A stretch of 34,054 bases of DNA from Candidatus Fraserbacteria bacterium. Lineage in GTDB: Bacteria; Bipolaricaulota; Bipolaricaulia; RBG-16-55-9. The notes below the pieces were generated by a model. The model worked only from the letters and a program-made list of their open reading frames with translations, did no database searches and was not told the DNA's origin. Both the position numbers and the translations under genes were made by a program. Where the stretch lies: positions 1-34,054 of the forward strand of contig JBBIOR010000009.1 of the NCBI GenBank assembly GCA_037443265.1. Direction: 5' to 3'. Shown in pieces: positions 1 to 8,670 of this stretch. Every line of letters begins with the position of its first letter. Within the stretch, counting starts at the first letter, position 1.

Positions 1-907
1 CGCCAGGATCGAAGGGGCCTTCCGTGCCCCAGGAGTTGTTCACCACTTGGATGTTGAAGTCCACTCGATGGTCGAGGATGAAGTCAAAGCCCGCCAGGGC
101 CCAGAAGATGAAAATGGCATCACCAGCTCCGATACCGATGAGGTTTGCTCCTGGCGCGACGCCGGTGTAGATGCCAGCACTGGAGGCTGTACCGGTACCC
201 GCGGCGATGCCGGCGACGTGGGTGCCATGGCCGCTGGTGGTATCGCTGTTGGCCACATCTTCGATCCAGAGCGTAGCTGCGACCTTAGGAATCCCTTGTC
301 CTGAAAAGGTGAACAGATCTCGACTATTGGCTAAGAACTTGACGTTAGCCACAGTTTTAGTGGGGAAGGCTAAGTCGGGATGGAGTCCGTCGATACCAGT
401 GTCGAGAATCGCCACTCCCACACCTTGGCCGGTGATGCCGAGCGCGTGCACTTCATCGGCGCGAATGGTCGGAATGCTCTCGAATAGTTGGCCGCTCACA
501 GTCCCTTGGCGCGTGTCACCCAAGTACCGCCGGAGCGGCCGATTTAGATAGATGGACTGTACACCAGGGAGGGTCTGGATGGCAGCAATCTGGGCTGGGG
601 TGGCCAGTGCAGCGATCATCGGAAGATGCTTGAACTGGATTACGCCCGCGCCCAGACCAAGGACGGCGTTTGTGAGTGTCCCGTTTGTGGTCAGTGCCTC
701 GTCGAAATTGACTATGACCTCGAGCGTGTCCGTCGGGCTGGCGCCCGCGAGCACTGCTTGGAGCGCCGGATCGAGGGCCCCACCCTGTGCCTTAAGCTCG
801 GCAACCCGTGAGTCCTCGTATACGACAGATTTAGACCAGCTGACGCAGCCTGTCATCAGAGCTGTTAGCATGAGCGGCAGCAATACAAAGACAAACCACC
901 TTGGCAT
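1..907 (-). CDS. S8 subtilisin-like serine protease, predicted lipoprotein (partial, runs off the left edge)
   Basis: Not in the ORF track; manual translation from ATG at 907 gives MPRWFVFVLLPLMLTALMTGC (lipobox) ... GVGVAILDTGIDGLHPDL (catalytic Asp) ... SGHGTHVAGIAAG (catalytic His) ... GVAPGA ... VVNNSWG. AGGAGG RBS upstream; open to the window edge. Confidence 0.95.
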   Translation of the reverse strand, partial: MPRWFVFVLLPLMLTALMTGCVSWSKSVVYEDSRVAELKAQGGALDPALQAVLAGASPTDTLEVIVNFDEALTTNGTLTNAVLGLGAGVIQFKHLPMIAALATPAQIAAIQTLPGVQSIYLNRPLRRYLGDTRQGTVSGQLFESIPTIRADEVHALGITGQGVGVAILDTGIDGLHPDLAFPTKTVANVKFLANSRDLFTFSGQGIPKVAATLWIEDVANSDTTSGHGTHVAGIAAGTGTASSAGIYTGVAPGANLIGIGAGDAIFIFWALAGFDFILDHRVDFNIQVVNNSWGTEGPFDPG

Positions 908-993
908 AGCGAATCCTCCTTTGAGTCTGATTTAGTCCCCGAAGGGGTGTCTTTGGCTTAGCGAATGGCTCACCTCCAATTGTCATTACTTTC

Positions 994-1015
994 ATAGTTA
1001 CAAATTTGTTACTAT
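994..1015. promoter_or_regulatory. 22-bp near-perfect palindrome, candidate repressor operator
   Basis: ATAGTTACAAATTTGTTACTAT has one mismatched pair. It lies in the AT-rich gap just downstream of a minus-strand TTGACA (1039-1044) and TAAT-rich -10 region facing the protease gene. Confidence 0.55.
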
Positions 1016-1127
1016 TATTATCACAAGAGGCATGCTCCTGTCAAGCCCCTGGATAGCGTAGATCAGATCGGCCTCTTGACACCGTATTCCCATTTGTGTT
1101 AACCATGATAAAGCGAGCTGAGATCCC

Positions 1128-1901
1128 TTGAGCCGACAGGAAGCACTGCAATCGCTGCAGGATTTGGGGTTGATGCGCTACGAGGCAGAGCTGCTTGTGG
1201 CGCTTATGCAGCTTGAGCGGGGTACTGCCTCTGACATCAGCCGGATCTCCCATATTCCTAGATCGCGCGTATATGACGTGGCCCAAGGCCTAGAAGAAAA
1301 AGGCCTCGTAGAGATCCAGCGCTCCAGACCGATCATCTATCGAACCATCTCCTTAGAGATGGCCTTGGCAAAGCTTAAGCGCCAACATGAGCAGACCCTT
1401 CAGAGAGCACGACAGACGTTGCAGAATCTCCTACAGGAGCGCAAGCTCAAACGCGAGCATCGCGGCGAGTTCTGGATTGTAAGCGGTCTGCAAAACGTCT
1501 CCGCACGAGTAGAAGCAATGATGCGCGCTGCCCGCCAATCGATCCTGTTCTCCGCGCTCTTGGCCCAATTGGTCTCCCAAGAGATGCTGGATATCTTACA
1601 CACTAAAGCCAAAAGGAGCTTAAAAGTCATCATCGCCAGCTCGCGTCCTCCTGTGTTGGAGCAGCTCACGAAGGCCGTACCTGAGGCCAAAGCGATCCTC
1701 CTGCCTCATTACCCAACTGAGACAGGCGCTCCCGGACGGTTGGTGATCGTGGATCAGAAGGAGTTGCTCCTCTCCACACTGGGGGAAGAGGAGCTACCGG
1801 AAATCCCGCAGGAGACGGCGATCTGGTCTGATGCGCCGGGCTTCGCCTCTACGGTGAGCCTCTTCGTGGAGATGGCCGCCAAAGCGTGGCGAGCGGGCTA
1901 G
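1128..1901 (+). CDS. TrmB-family transcriptional regulator
   Basis: N-terminal LQDLGLMRYEA...TASDISRISHIPRSRVYDV...LEEKGLVEIQRSRPIIYR winged HTH, then a coiled coil and an effector domain (GRLVIVDQKELLLS); TTG start. Confidence 0.9.
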   Translation: MSRQEALQSLQDLGLMRYEAELLVALMQLERGTASDISRISHIPRSRVYDVAQGLEEKGLVEIQRSRPIIYRTISLEMALAKLKRQHEQTLQRARQTLQNLLQERKLKREHRGEFWIVSGLQNVSARVEAMMRAARQSILFSALLAQLVSQEMLDILHTKAKRSLKVIIASSRPPVLEQLTKAVPEAKAILLPHYPTETGAPGRLVIVDQKELLLSTLGEEELPEIPQETAIWSDAPGFASTVSLFVEMAAKAWRAG

Positions 1902-2004
1902 GTCGATCTCGCTCTTCCGTGGCCACCGCGGAAAGATGCTCGACTTCGGATCTCCCGCCAAATATACTCTAAGCCATGAGCAGACGAAAAAGGAGCTCGC
2001 CCGC

Positions 2005-3336
2005 ATGACACGACGGGATTTCCTCCAAAAACTAGGCGTACTCCCTGGGGCTCTGCTGGCCCTCCTGGCGCTCCAGCGAGCGTCGGCCCCAGCCTCGATG
2101 ACAACCCCGGCGATCGATAAGTGGCCCATGTTCCGCCGCGACGCACAGCACACGGGGTTCACCGAGGGGCAGGGGCGGGTCACTGGACCCAGCATCAAAT
2201 GGCAGTTTCCTACCTCTGGGGCTATCGAGCCCTGCGCCGCCGTGGGCGACATCGATGGAGACGGCCAGACGGAAGTCGTGATCAGCTCCTTCGACGGCCG
2301 CCTCTATGCCATCGCTGGCTCCTCCCAGGGAACGATCAGCGCACCCAAATGGAGCTTCCAAACGGAGGCCCTGATCTGGTCCTCTCCGGCTCTTGGAGAC
2401 GTCGATGGCGATGGGAAGACCGAAGTCGTCGTCGGCTCGGATGATCGCCATATTTACATCATCGAGGGGGCCACGGGCCAGAAGAAGTGGAGATTTTCTA
2501 CCAATGCGCGCGTGCGGGCCTCGCCCACCCTTGTAGACATAGACGGCGATGGGCAACTGGAAATAATAATAGGCTCAGATCAGATCTATGCTTTAGATGG
2601 GCGCGCCCGGCGCGCCCGCTGGGCCTTCCGCCTCATGTTCGCCACTTTCTCCTCCGCCGCGGCCGCCGACATCGACGACGACGGCCAACTAGAAGTCGTC
2701 GTCGGCTCCTATGACAACATCCTCTATGCCCTCGACGGTCATAGCGGCGCCCTCAAGTGGCAATTCCTCGCCGGCAACCCCATTGAGTCCTCGCCGGCCC
2801 TGGCCGACATCGACGGCGATGGAAAGATCGAAGTCGTCTTCGGCCAAGGGGCCATCGACGGCCCGCGCCCCAAAGGCGTCTACGCCCTCAGGGGCCAAAG
2901 CGGCCAACCCAAATGGTCCTTCAATCTGAATGCCGATCAACGCGTCATCTCCTCCCCGGCCATCGGGGATATCGACGGCGATGGGTTGCCAGAGATCGTG
3001 ATCGGGACGAACACCAACCACGTCTATGCCCTGGGCGGCCAAGGGCAGATCAAATATCTTCATGAGGCCCAAAATTTCGTCGAATCTTCCCCTGTGCTGG
3101 GCGACATTGACGGCGATGGGAAGATCGAAGTTGTAGTGGGCTCCCATGATTTCAAGCTTTATGGCTTAGAGGCGATCCCCAATCAGCAGCGCTTCCGCGT
3201 GGAGTGGACTTTCACACCGCTTCATGCCAACATATTCTTCTCTTCTGCGACGCTGGCGGACATCGACGGCGATGGGCTGCTGGAGATCGTGATCGGGAAC
3301 AACAACAGCCTCTTGTATGCCCTAGACGGCGTATGA
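2005..3336 (+). CDS. Tat-exported FG-GAP/PQQ-like beta-propeller repeat protein
   Basis: AAGGAG RBS then MTRRDFLQK twin-arginine signal; WPMFRRDAQHTG PQQ-propeller-type N-terminus; eight D[IV]D[GD]DG..E[IV][VI] repeats. Confidence 0.88.
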   Translation: MTRRDFLQKLGVLPGALLALLALQRASAPASMTTPAIDKWPMFRRDAQHTGFTEGQGRVTGPSIKWQFPTSGAIEPCAAVGDIDGDGQTEVVISSFDGRLYAIAGSSQGTISAPKWSFQTEALIWSSPALGDVDGDGKTEVVVGSDDRHIYIIEGATGQKKWRFSTNARVRASPTLVDIDGDGQLEIIIGSDQIYALDGRARRARWAFRLMFATFSSAAAADIDDDGQLEVVVGSYDNILYALDGHSGALKWQFLAGNPIESSPALADIDGDGKIEVVFGQGAIDGPRPKGVYALRGQSGQPKWSFNLNADQRVISSPAIGDIDGDGLPEIVIGTNTNHVYALGGQGQIKYLHEAQNFVESSPVLGDIDGDGKIEVVVGSHDFKLYGLEAIPNQQRFRVEWTFTPLHANIFFSSATLADIDGDGLLEIVIGNNNSLLYALDGV

Positions 3337-4904
3337 CGCTCGATCCCGTCCGGCTGGAGGTTCTCAGATACGCGCTTATGGGCGTGGCCGAGGAGATGCT
3401 CGCTGCGCTCATCCGCACGGCCTTAAGCCCTAATATTCGCGAGCGGCGTGATTGCTCCACAGCGCTCTTTGACGAAAAGGGTCGCCTGATCGTCCAATCT
3501 GAAAGCATCCCGGTGCATCTGGGCGCGATGCCCTTCTCTGTGGCCGCCGCGCTTGAATCCATCAAGAAATTCGCGCCCGGAGATGTGATCGCGCTCAATG
3601 ACCCCTTTGCCGGAGGAGCGCATATCCCGGACATCACGTTGATCACGCCCATCTTTGAGAGAGACAAGCTGAGGGCGTTTGCAGCCAATCGTGCCCATCA
3701 TGCCGATATGGGAGGCCTAAGGCCGGGAAGCATCGCCGCAGAGGCCACGGAGATCTACCAAGAAGGGGTACGCATCCCGCCTATCAAGCTCTGGCGGAGG
3801 GGCAGACTCAATGAGGAAGCGTTTCGGCTCATCTTGGCCAACGTGCGCACGCCCGCCGAGCGCGAGGGAGATCTGCGCGCTCAGTTCGCCGCCAACGAGA
3901 CAGCCCGAAGGCGCCTGCTGGAGCTGATCGCCCGATACAGCTGGAGGACGCTCTCCCAGGCCATGGACGAGCTTCTTGACTATTCGGAGCGCCGGATGCG
4001 CGCCGAGCTCAGAAGACTGCCTGAGGGGATTTACACCGCTGAAGACTATCTGGATGACGATGGCCGAGGCCATGAGAAGATCCCGATTCGCGTCTCTGTC
4101 ACACTCCACAAGGGCCAGATGCGCGCGGATTTCACAGGAAGCGCTCCTCAAGTGGAAGGGCCACTCAATGCCGTCTATGCCGTGACCGCCTCGGCTGTGT
4201 ATTACACCGTGCGCTGCTTGACAGACCCGAGCATCCCTCCTAACGAGGGCTGCTATCGGCCTATTAAAATCTACGCTCCTTTGGGCACGATCGTAAACGC
4301 CCGCCCTCCGGCCGCCGTCGTGGGAGGGAATTTAGAGACGTCGCAGCGCATCGTCGATGTGCTCATTCTCGCCCTGGCAGGGGCCTGCCCTGGGAAGGCC
4401 CTCGCCGCCTGCCAAGGCACAATGAACAATCTCACCTTCGGCGGCATCGACCCGCGTACCGGAGAGGCCTTCACCTTCTACGAGACGCTCGCCGGCGGCT
4501 TCGGCGCCCGCCCTCAGAAGAAGGGCATCGATGCGATTCACTCCCACATGACGAACACGCTTAACACGCCCATCGAGGCCTTGGAGACGTTCTATCCCGT
4601 CCGGGTAGAACGCTACGAGATCCGCTGGAGGAGCGGCGGCCGGGGAAGATATCGCGGCGGCCACGGACTGCGGCGAGACATTCGCGCGCTGGTGCCCATG
4701 ACGTTCTCGCTCCTGGCCGATCGCCGGAAGACTCGGCCCTATGGGCTTATGGGCGGCGAGCCCGGAACTGCCGGCCGGGATCTCCTCATACGGGATGGCC
4801 GCAAGATCCCCATTGCCTCCAAAGGGACCATGCAGTTGGAGACCGGAGACATCGTGAGCATTCGTACTCCCGGAGGCGGTGGCTTCGGAAGAGCTGAGGC
4901 TTGA
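3333..4904 (+). CDS. Hydantoinase B/oxoprolinase family protein
   Basis: Start reassigned to [10 protein letters not shown] (ATGA overlap with the upstream stop); motifs [52 protein letters not shown]. Confidence 0.93.
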   Translation: MTLDPVRLEVLRYALMGVAEEMLAALIRTALSPNIRERRDCSTALFDEKGRLIVQSESIPVHLGAMPFSVAAALESIKKFAPGDVIALNDPFAGGAHIPDITLITPIFERDKLRAFAANRAHHADMGGLRPGSIAAEATEIYQEGVRIPPIKLWRRGRLNEEAFRLILANVRTPAEREGDLRAQFAANETARRRLLELIARYSWRTLSQAMDELLDYSERRMRAELRRLPEGIYTAEDYLDDDGRGHEKIPIRVSVTLHKGQMRADFTGSAPQVEGPLNAVYAVTASAVYYTVRCLTDPSIPPNEGCYRPIKIYAPLGTIVNARPPAAVVGGNLETSQRIVDVLILALAGACPGKALAACQGTMNNLTFGGIDPRTGEAFTFYETLAGGFGARPQKKGIDAIHSHMTNTLNTPIEALETFYPVRVERYEIRWRSGGRGRYRGGHGLRRDIRALVPMTFSLLADRRKTRPYGLMGGEPGTAGRDLLIRDGRKIPIASKGTMQLETGDIVSIRTPGGGGFGRAEA

Positions 4905-4927
4905 GCCTACAAGAAACAGGGCTTTTC

Positions 4928-4936
4928 TGCTACAAT
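4928..4936 (+). promoter_or_regulatory. Extended -10 promoter (TGcTACAAT), likely leaderless nadE transcript
   Basis: TG-n-TACAAT ends 7 nt before ATG 4944, with no SD in between. Confidence 0.55.
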
Positions 4937-4943
4937 CAGGGCA

Positions 4944-6692
4944 ATGGCCGTGCTCAGGATCGGACTGGCTCAGGTCGATGTCACCGTGGGCGATCTTGAG
5001 GGCAACCTCAGGGTGATCGCAGACTGCCTGGAGTCTGCCCGTGCCGAGGAAGTCGACCTGCTCGTCTTCCCGGAGCTGGCCCTTACGGGGTACCCGCCGG
5101 AAGATCTATTGCTCAACCCCAGCTTCATCGACGCCAATCTCAAGGCCCTCCAGAAGCTCATTCCCCAGACGAAGGGGATCACTCTAGTCGTCGGGTTTGT
5201 CGATCGAGATCGCGATCTCTACAACGCCGCGGCGGTCCTCTCCGATGGGAAATGGGTAGGCACGTACCACAAAGCTAAGCTTCCCAACTACGGCGTCTTC
5301 GATGAATATCGCTACTTCCGGCCCGGCCAGAAGGTTCCCATCTTCACCGACGGGAGAGTTCGCTTGGGGATCACGATCTGCGAAGACCTGTGGCATCCCA
5401 CCGGCCCCATCGAAGCGGAGGTCCGGCAGGGAGGGGCCGATGTGGTGATCAATCTGATGGCCTCCCCCTATCATCGCACCAAGGGGGCGGAGCGCGAGGC
5501 GATGTTCGCCACCCGCGCCCTCGACTATGGAGTGATCGTGGCCTTCTGCAATCACGCGGGTGGACAAGATGAGCTGATCTTCGATGGCAGAAGCAGCATC
5601 TTCACCGCCAACGGAGAGCTACTGGCCCGCGCCAAGAGCTTCGAAGAAGATCTTCTCATGGCCGATGTGGATCTTATAGAGGTCCTTCGCCATCGGCTGC
5701 GGCAGCCCAGACTCCGTCTTGCGCCTACCACAACAGAAGAAGAGTACTCTGTCCCTGAAATTCCCTTGCCCCGCCCTCTGGTGAGTGAGCAGAAATCTTC
5801 TGGGCTCAAGCCACGCATCGCCTTCAGCCCCCAAGGACCGGAGGAGATCTATCGCGCGCTGGTGGTGGGCACCCGCGACTACGTGCAGAAGAACGGCTTC
5901 GAGCGCGTGGCCATCGGCCTCTCCGGCGGGATTGATTCCGCGCTGGTAGCCACGATCGCCGTGGATGCCCTGGGCCCCAAAGACGTGATAGGGGTGTTTA
6001 TGCCCTCGCGCTTCAGTTCCGAGGCCAGCCGCAAAGACGCCCACAAACTCGCAAAGAATTTAAAGATCCGCCTCCTCGAGATCCCGATCGACGAGATCTT
6101 CGATGTGTTTCTGAAGGCTCTGGCACCGTTCCTCGATAAGAAAGCTCCGGGCAAGACGGAAGAGAATTTACAGGCCCGCATCCGCGGGACGCTGCTCATG
6201 GCCCTCTCTAATCGATTCAACTGGTTGGTGCTGGCCACGGGCAACAAGAGCGAGTTCGCCGTGGGCTACGCCACGCTCTATGGAGACACGGCCGGGGGCT
6301 TGGCCGTCCTTAAGGACGTCCCCAAGACGCTCGTCTATGAGCTGGCACGCTGGCGAAATTCTAAAAATCCTGTCATCCCCAAGCGAGTCTTCACTCGCCC
6401 CCCCACGGCGGAGCTGCGCCCCTGCCAGCGCGATGAGGACGATCTTCCAGCCCCCTACAGCGCGCTCGATCCCATTCTCCAGGCCTACGTGGAACAAGAT
6501 CGCAGCCTAAGGGAGATCGTCCAGCAGGGCTTTCCAGCCGATGTCGTGCGCCGCGTGATAGATCTCGTCCATCAGAATGAATACAAGCGCCGCCAATCAC
6601 CCGTGGGCCTAAAGATCACGCCGCGGGCCTTCGGCAAGGATCGAAGATTTCCCATCACGTTGCGCTGGCGCTCAAAGAGCGATGAGCCATGA
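4944..6692 (+). CDS. nadE: Glutamine-dependent NAD+ synthetase
   Basis: Nitrilase-fold domain (FPEL, LPNYGVFDEYRYF, ICEDLW) plus synthetase domain (GLSGGIDSAL, ENLQARIRG, TGNKSE, NEYKRRQ). Confidence 0.97.
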   Translation: MAVLRIGLAQVDVTVGDLEGNLRVIADCLESARAEEVDLLVFPELALTGYPPEDLLLNPSFIDANLKALQKLIPQTKGITLVVGFVDRDRDLYNAAAVLSDGKWVGTYHKAKLPNYGVFDEYRYFRPGQKVPIFTDGRVRLGITICEDLWHPTGPIEAEVRQGGADVVINLMASPYHRTKGAEREAMFATRALDYGVIVAFCNHAGGQDELIFDGRSSIFTANGELLARAKSFEEDLLMADVDLIEVLRHRLRQPRLRLAPTTTEEEYSVPEIPLPRPLVSEQKSSGLKPRIAFSPQGPEEIYRALVVGTRDYVQKNGFERVAIGLSGGIDSALVATIAVDALGPKDVIGVFMPSRFSSEASRKDAHKLAKNLKIRLLEIPIDEIFDVFLKALAPFLDKKAPGKTEENLQARIRGTLLMALSNRFNWLVLATGNKSEFAVGYATLYGDTAGGLAVLKDVPKTLVYELARWRNSKNPVIPKRVFTRPPTAELRPCQRDEDDLPAPYSALDPILQAYVEQDRSLREIVQQGFPADVVRRVIDLVHQNEYKRRQSPVGLKITPRAFGKDRRFPITLRWRSKSDEP

Positions 6693-8194
6693 TCCGGGTC
6701 CAGCGGGCCATCGTCAGCGTCTTCGATAGAACAGGGCTTGAGTCCTTCGCCCGAGGACTGGTGGATTTAAGAATCGAACTCGTCGCCTCCTTGGGCACAG
6801 CCGAGTTTCTCAGAAAGAACGGCCTTCCTGTGCGAGAGGTCTCAGAATATACCGGCCAGCCGCCTCTCTTAGGCGGCCGCGTCAAGACCCTTCACCCCAC
6901 CATATTTGCCGGCATCCTGGCCAAACGAAACGACTCCCGCCAGCTGGAAGAGCTTCACGCCCAAGGGATTGAGCTGATCGATCTTGTGGTCATCAATCTC
7001 TATCCCTTCGAGCTCAAGGTCACAGCGGAGATGCCCCCGGAAGAGGCGATGGAGTGGGTGGACATCGGCGGAGAAGCGCTCATCCGAGCCGCCGCCAAGA
7101 ACTTCTCCTCCGTGGGGGTCATCGTCGACCCCAAAGACTATGAGGCCGTCTTGGATGAGCTTTCCCGTACGGGAGGCCTCAGCTCAAAGACATCTAGATC
7201 CCTAGCCGAGAAGGCGTTTCAGCACGTCGCCCGCTATAACGCCCTAATCGCCCGCTGGTTCTCTGACCATCAGCCTCTGCCGGAGATGTTCACGCTGGCA
7301 GAGCCCAAGCGCCTAGCATTGCGCTATGGCGAAAACCCGCATCAGGTGGGAGCCCTCTACGGGAGAGCGGCTCCTTTTCAACTCCAAGGCAAACCGCTCT
7401 CCTATGTGAACCTCCTCGACGCGGATGCCGCCATCAAGTGCGTCTCTGAATTTGAAAGGCCTACAGCTGTGATCATCAAGCATACGAGCCCCTGCGGAGT
7501 GGCCTCTGCGGCTACTCTCGCTGAGGCATTTGCTAGGGCCTATCAAGCCGACCCGAAGTCCGCCTTTGGAGGGATTGTGGGCGTAAACCGCCCCTTAGAT
7601 GGAGCCACGGCTTCTCTTATGACGCGCCATTTTCTGGAGGTCGCGGTCGCGCCCGATTTTTCAAAAGAGGCGCTTGAGGTGTTGAGCCAGCGAGAGAATC
7701 TCCGCCTGCTGCGCGCCCCAGAGGAGCCCTTTGACGCTCTCGCAGAGCTACGCACCACAGCCTTTGGAGTGCTGGTGCAGACCCCCAGCTCGGAGGAGCT
7801 CAGCGAGCACGATCTGCAATGCGTGACAAAGAGGCACCCTACGCCGGAGCAGATGAAAGATTTATTCTTCGCGTGGAAAGTGGTAAAGCACGTCAAGTCG
7901 AACGCGATTGTGCTAGCGAAAGAGGAGCAGACGGTGGGCATCGGCGGAGGCCAAGTGAGCCGCGTGGACGCCACGGAGATGGCCGTCCGCAAAGCTGGAA
8001 AGAAAGCGCGGGGCAGCGTACTTGCCTCCGATGCGTTTCTCCCGTTCAAAGACAACGTGGAGATCGCAGCTGGTGGGGGAGTGGCAGCGATCATCCAACC
8101 CGGCGGCTCTCTTCGCGATGCCGAAGTCATCCAAGCAGCCGAAGAGCATGGGATCGCGATGATATTTACCCGTATCCGCGAGTTCCGACACTGA
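6689..8194 (+). CDS. purH: Bifunctional AICAR transformylase/IMP cyclohydrolase
   Basis: GGRVKTLHP, NLYPF, DIGG, LRYGENPHQ, SAFGG, KSNAIV, ASDAF, IIQPGGS, FRH terminus; 4-bp overlap with nadE. Confidence 0.97.
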   Translation: MIRVQRAIVSVFDRTGLESFARGLVDLRIELVASLGTAEFLRKNGLPVREVSEYTGQPPLLGGRVKTLHPTIFAGILAKRNDSRQLEELHAQGIELIDLVVINLYPFELKVTAEMPPEEAMEWVDIGGEALIRAAAKNFSSVGVIVDPKDYEAVLDELSRTGGLSSKTSRSLAEKAFQHVARYNALIARWFSDHQPLPEMFTLAEPKRLALRYGENPHQVGALYGRAAPFQLQGKPLSYVNLLDADAAIKCVSEFERPTAVIIKHTSPCGVASAATLAEAFARAYQADPKSAFGGIVGVNRPLDGATASLMTRHFLEVAVAPDFSKEALEVLSQRENLRLLRAPEEPFDALAELRTTAFGVLVQTPSSEELSEHDLQCVTKRHPTPEQMKDLFFAWKVVKHVKSNAIVLAKEEQTVGIGGGQVSRVDATEMAVRKAGKKARGSVLASDAFLPFKDNVEIAAGGGVAAIIQPGGSLRDAEVIQAAEEHGIAMIFTRIREFRH

Positions 8195-8625
8195 CTGACA
8201 CGGCCACCGTGGTGTCAGCTTAAGACCCTGAGAGGAGGAAGGCAGGTGGGAAGGCGGGGAGGGCGCCCCGCCTTCCCGGGAATGAGGTTAGCAACCACAG
8301 AAGGGGTGTCGGTTTCCCTCGCCCATGGGGACTCGAACCCCGGCCGGCCCTCGGACTGGGGAAAAATCCGTGCTGAAGGAGGTTGGCGAGAACAGCGCGG
8401 CAAAACCCTGGTCCCACAGAGCCGGCTGACACCTGGTCACGGACTTGCACTCCCTCCTATGAGCGATCATCCCCTCGATCCTACCCCTGCCGCGGCGGAG
8501 GACGAAGGACCCCGGTTCGCCGCGGAGTGCGAATTGGTCAGGATCTGAGGTGCTCGGTGTCCCTCAGGGGGTCTTCGATCACTCTGGGGGGTTCCCCTCC
8601 TGAGCGCACCGAATTCTAAAATACC
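8195..8625 (-). ncRNA. Highly structured ncRNA candidate, OLE-like (compact)
   Basis: Many nested stems (plus coordinates): 8538-43/8598-603, 8545-50/8562-67, 8447-53/8524-30, 8490-97/8518-25, 8305-10/8428-33, 8343-51/8418-26, 8353-56/8411-14, 8368-75/8393-400, T-loop hairpin 8327-41, 12-bp 8248-59/8266-77. Minus-strand motifs resemble my recollection of the OLE consensus; unverified. Confidence 0.5.
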
Positions 8626-8670
8626 TGCGGTGGAAAAACCATGACCGCCAGGTGAAAATTCGGTGAAAGT

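Noticed and set aside
2245..3290. Regularly spaced DNA repeats (GACATCGACGGCGATGG-like) resembling a CRISPR array
   Set aside because: They are in-frame codons for DIDGDG protein repeats with synonymous variation and about 130-160 bp spacing; no cas genes.
8328..8341. 14-bp identity (GGGACTCGAACCCC) with the tRNA-Lys T-arm at 16428-16441, suggesting a tRNA or the att site of an 8-kb island
   Set aside because: No cloverleaf, the match does not extend into the acceptor stem, there is no integrase, and the intervening genes look native. Better explained as a generic T-loop hairpin.
8215..8619. Short ORFs (60-100 aa) in the purH-regulator gap
   Set aside because: They overlap on both strands, have low-complexity Pro/Gly/Arg composition and no recognisable motifs; base-pairing explains the sequence better. 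The 8288-8470 ORF cannot be fully excluded.
8195..8670. RNase P RNA, tmRNA, SRP RNA or a purH-linked (ZTP) riboswitch
   Set aside because: No GAGGAAAGUCC or ACCCGGCUUA, no tmRNA acceptor ends, no SRP GGAA/AGCAG domain; the region is downstream of purH, not in its leader.
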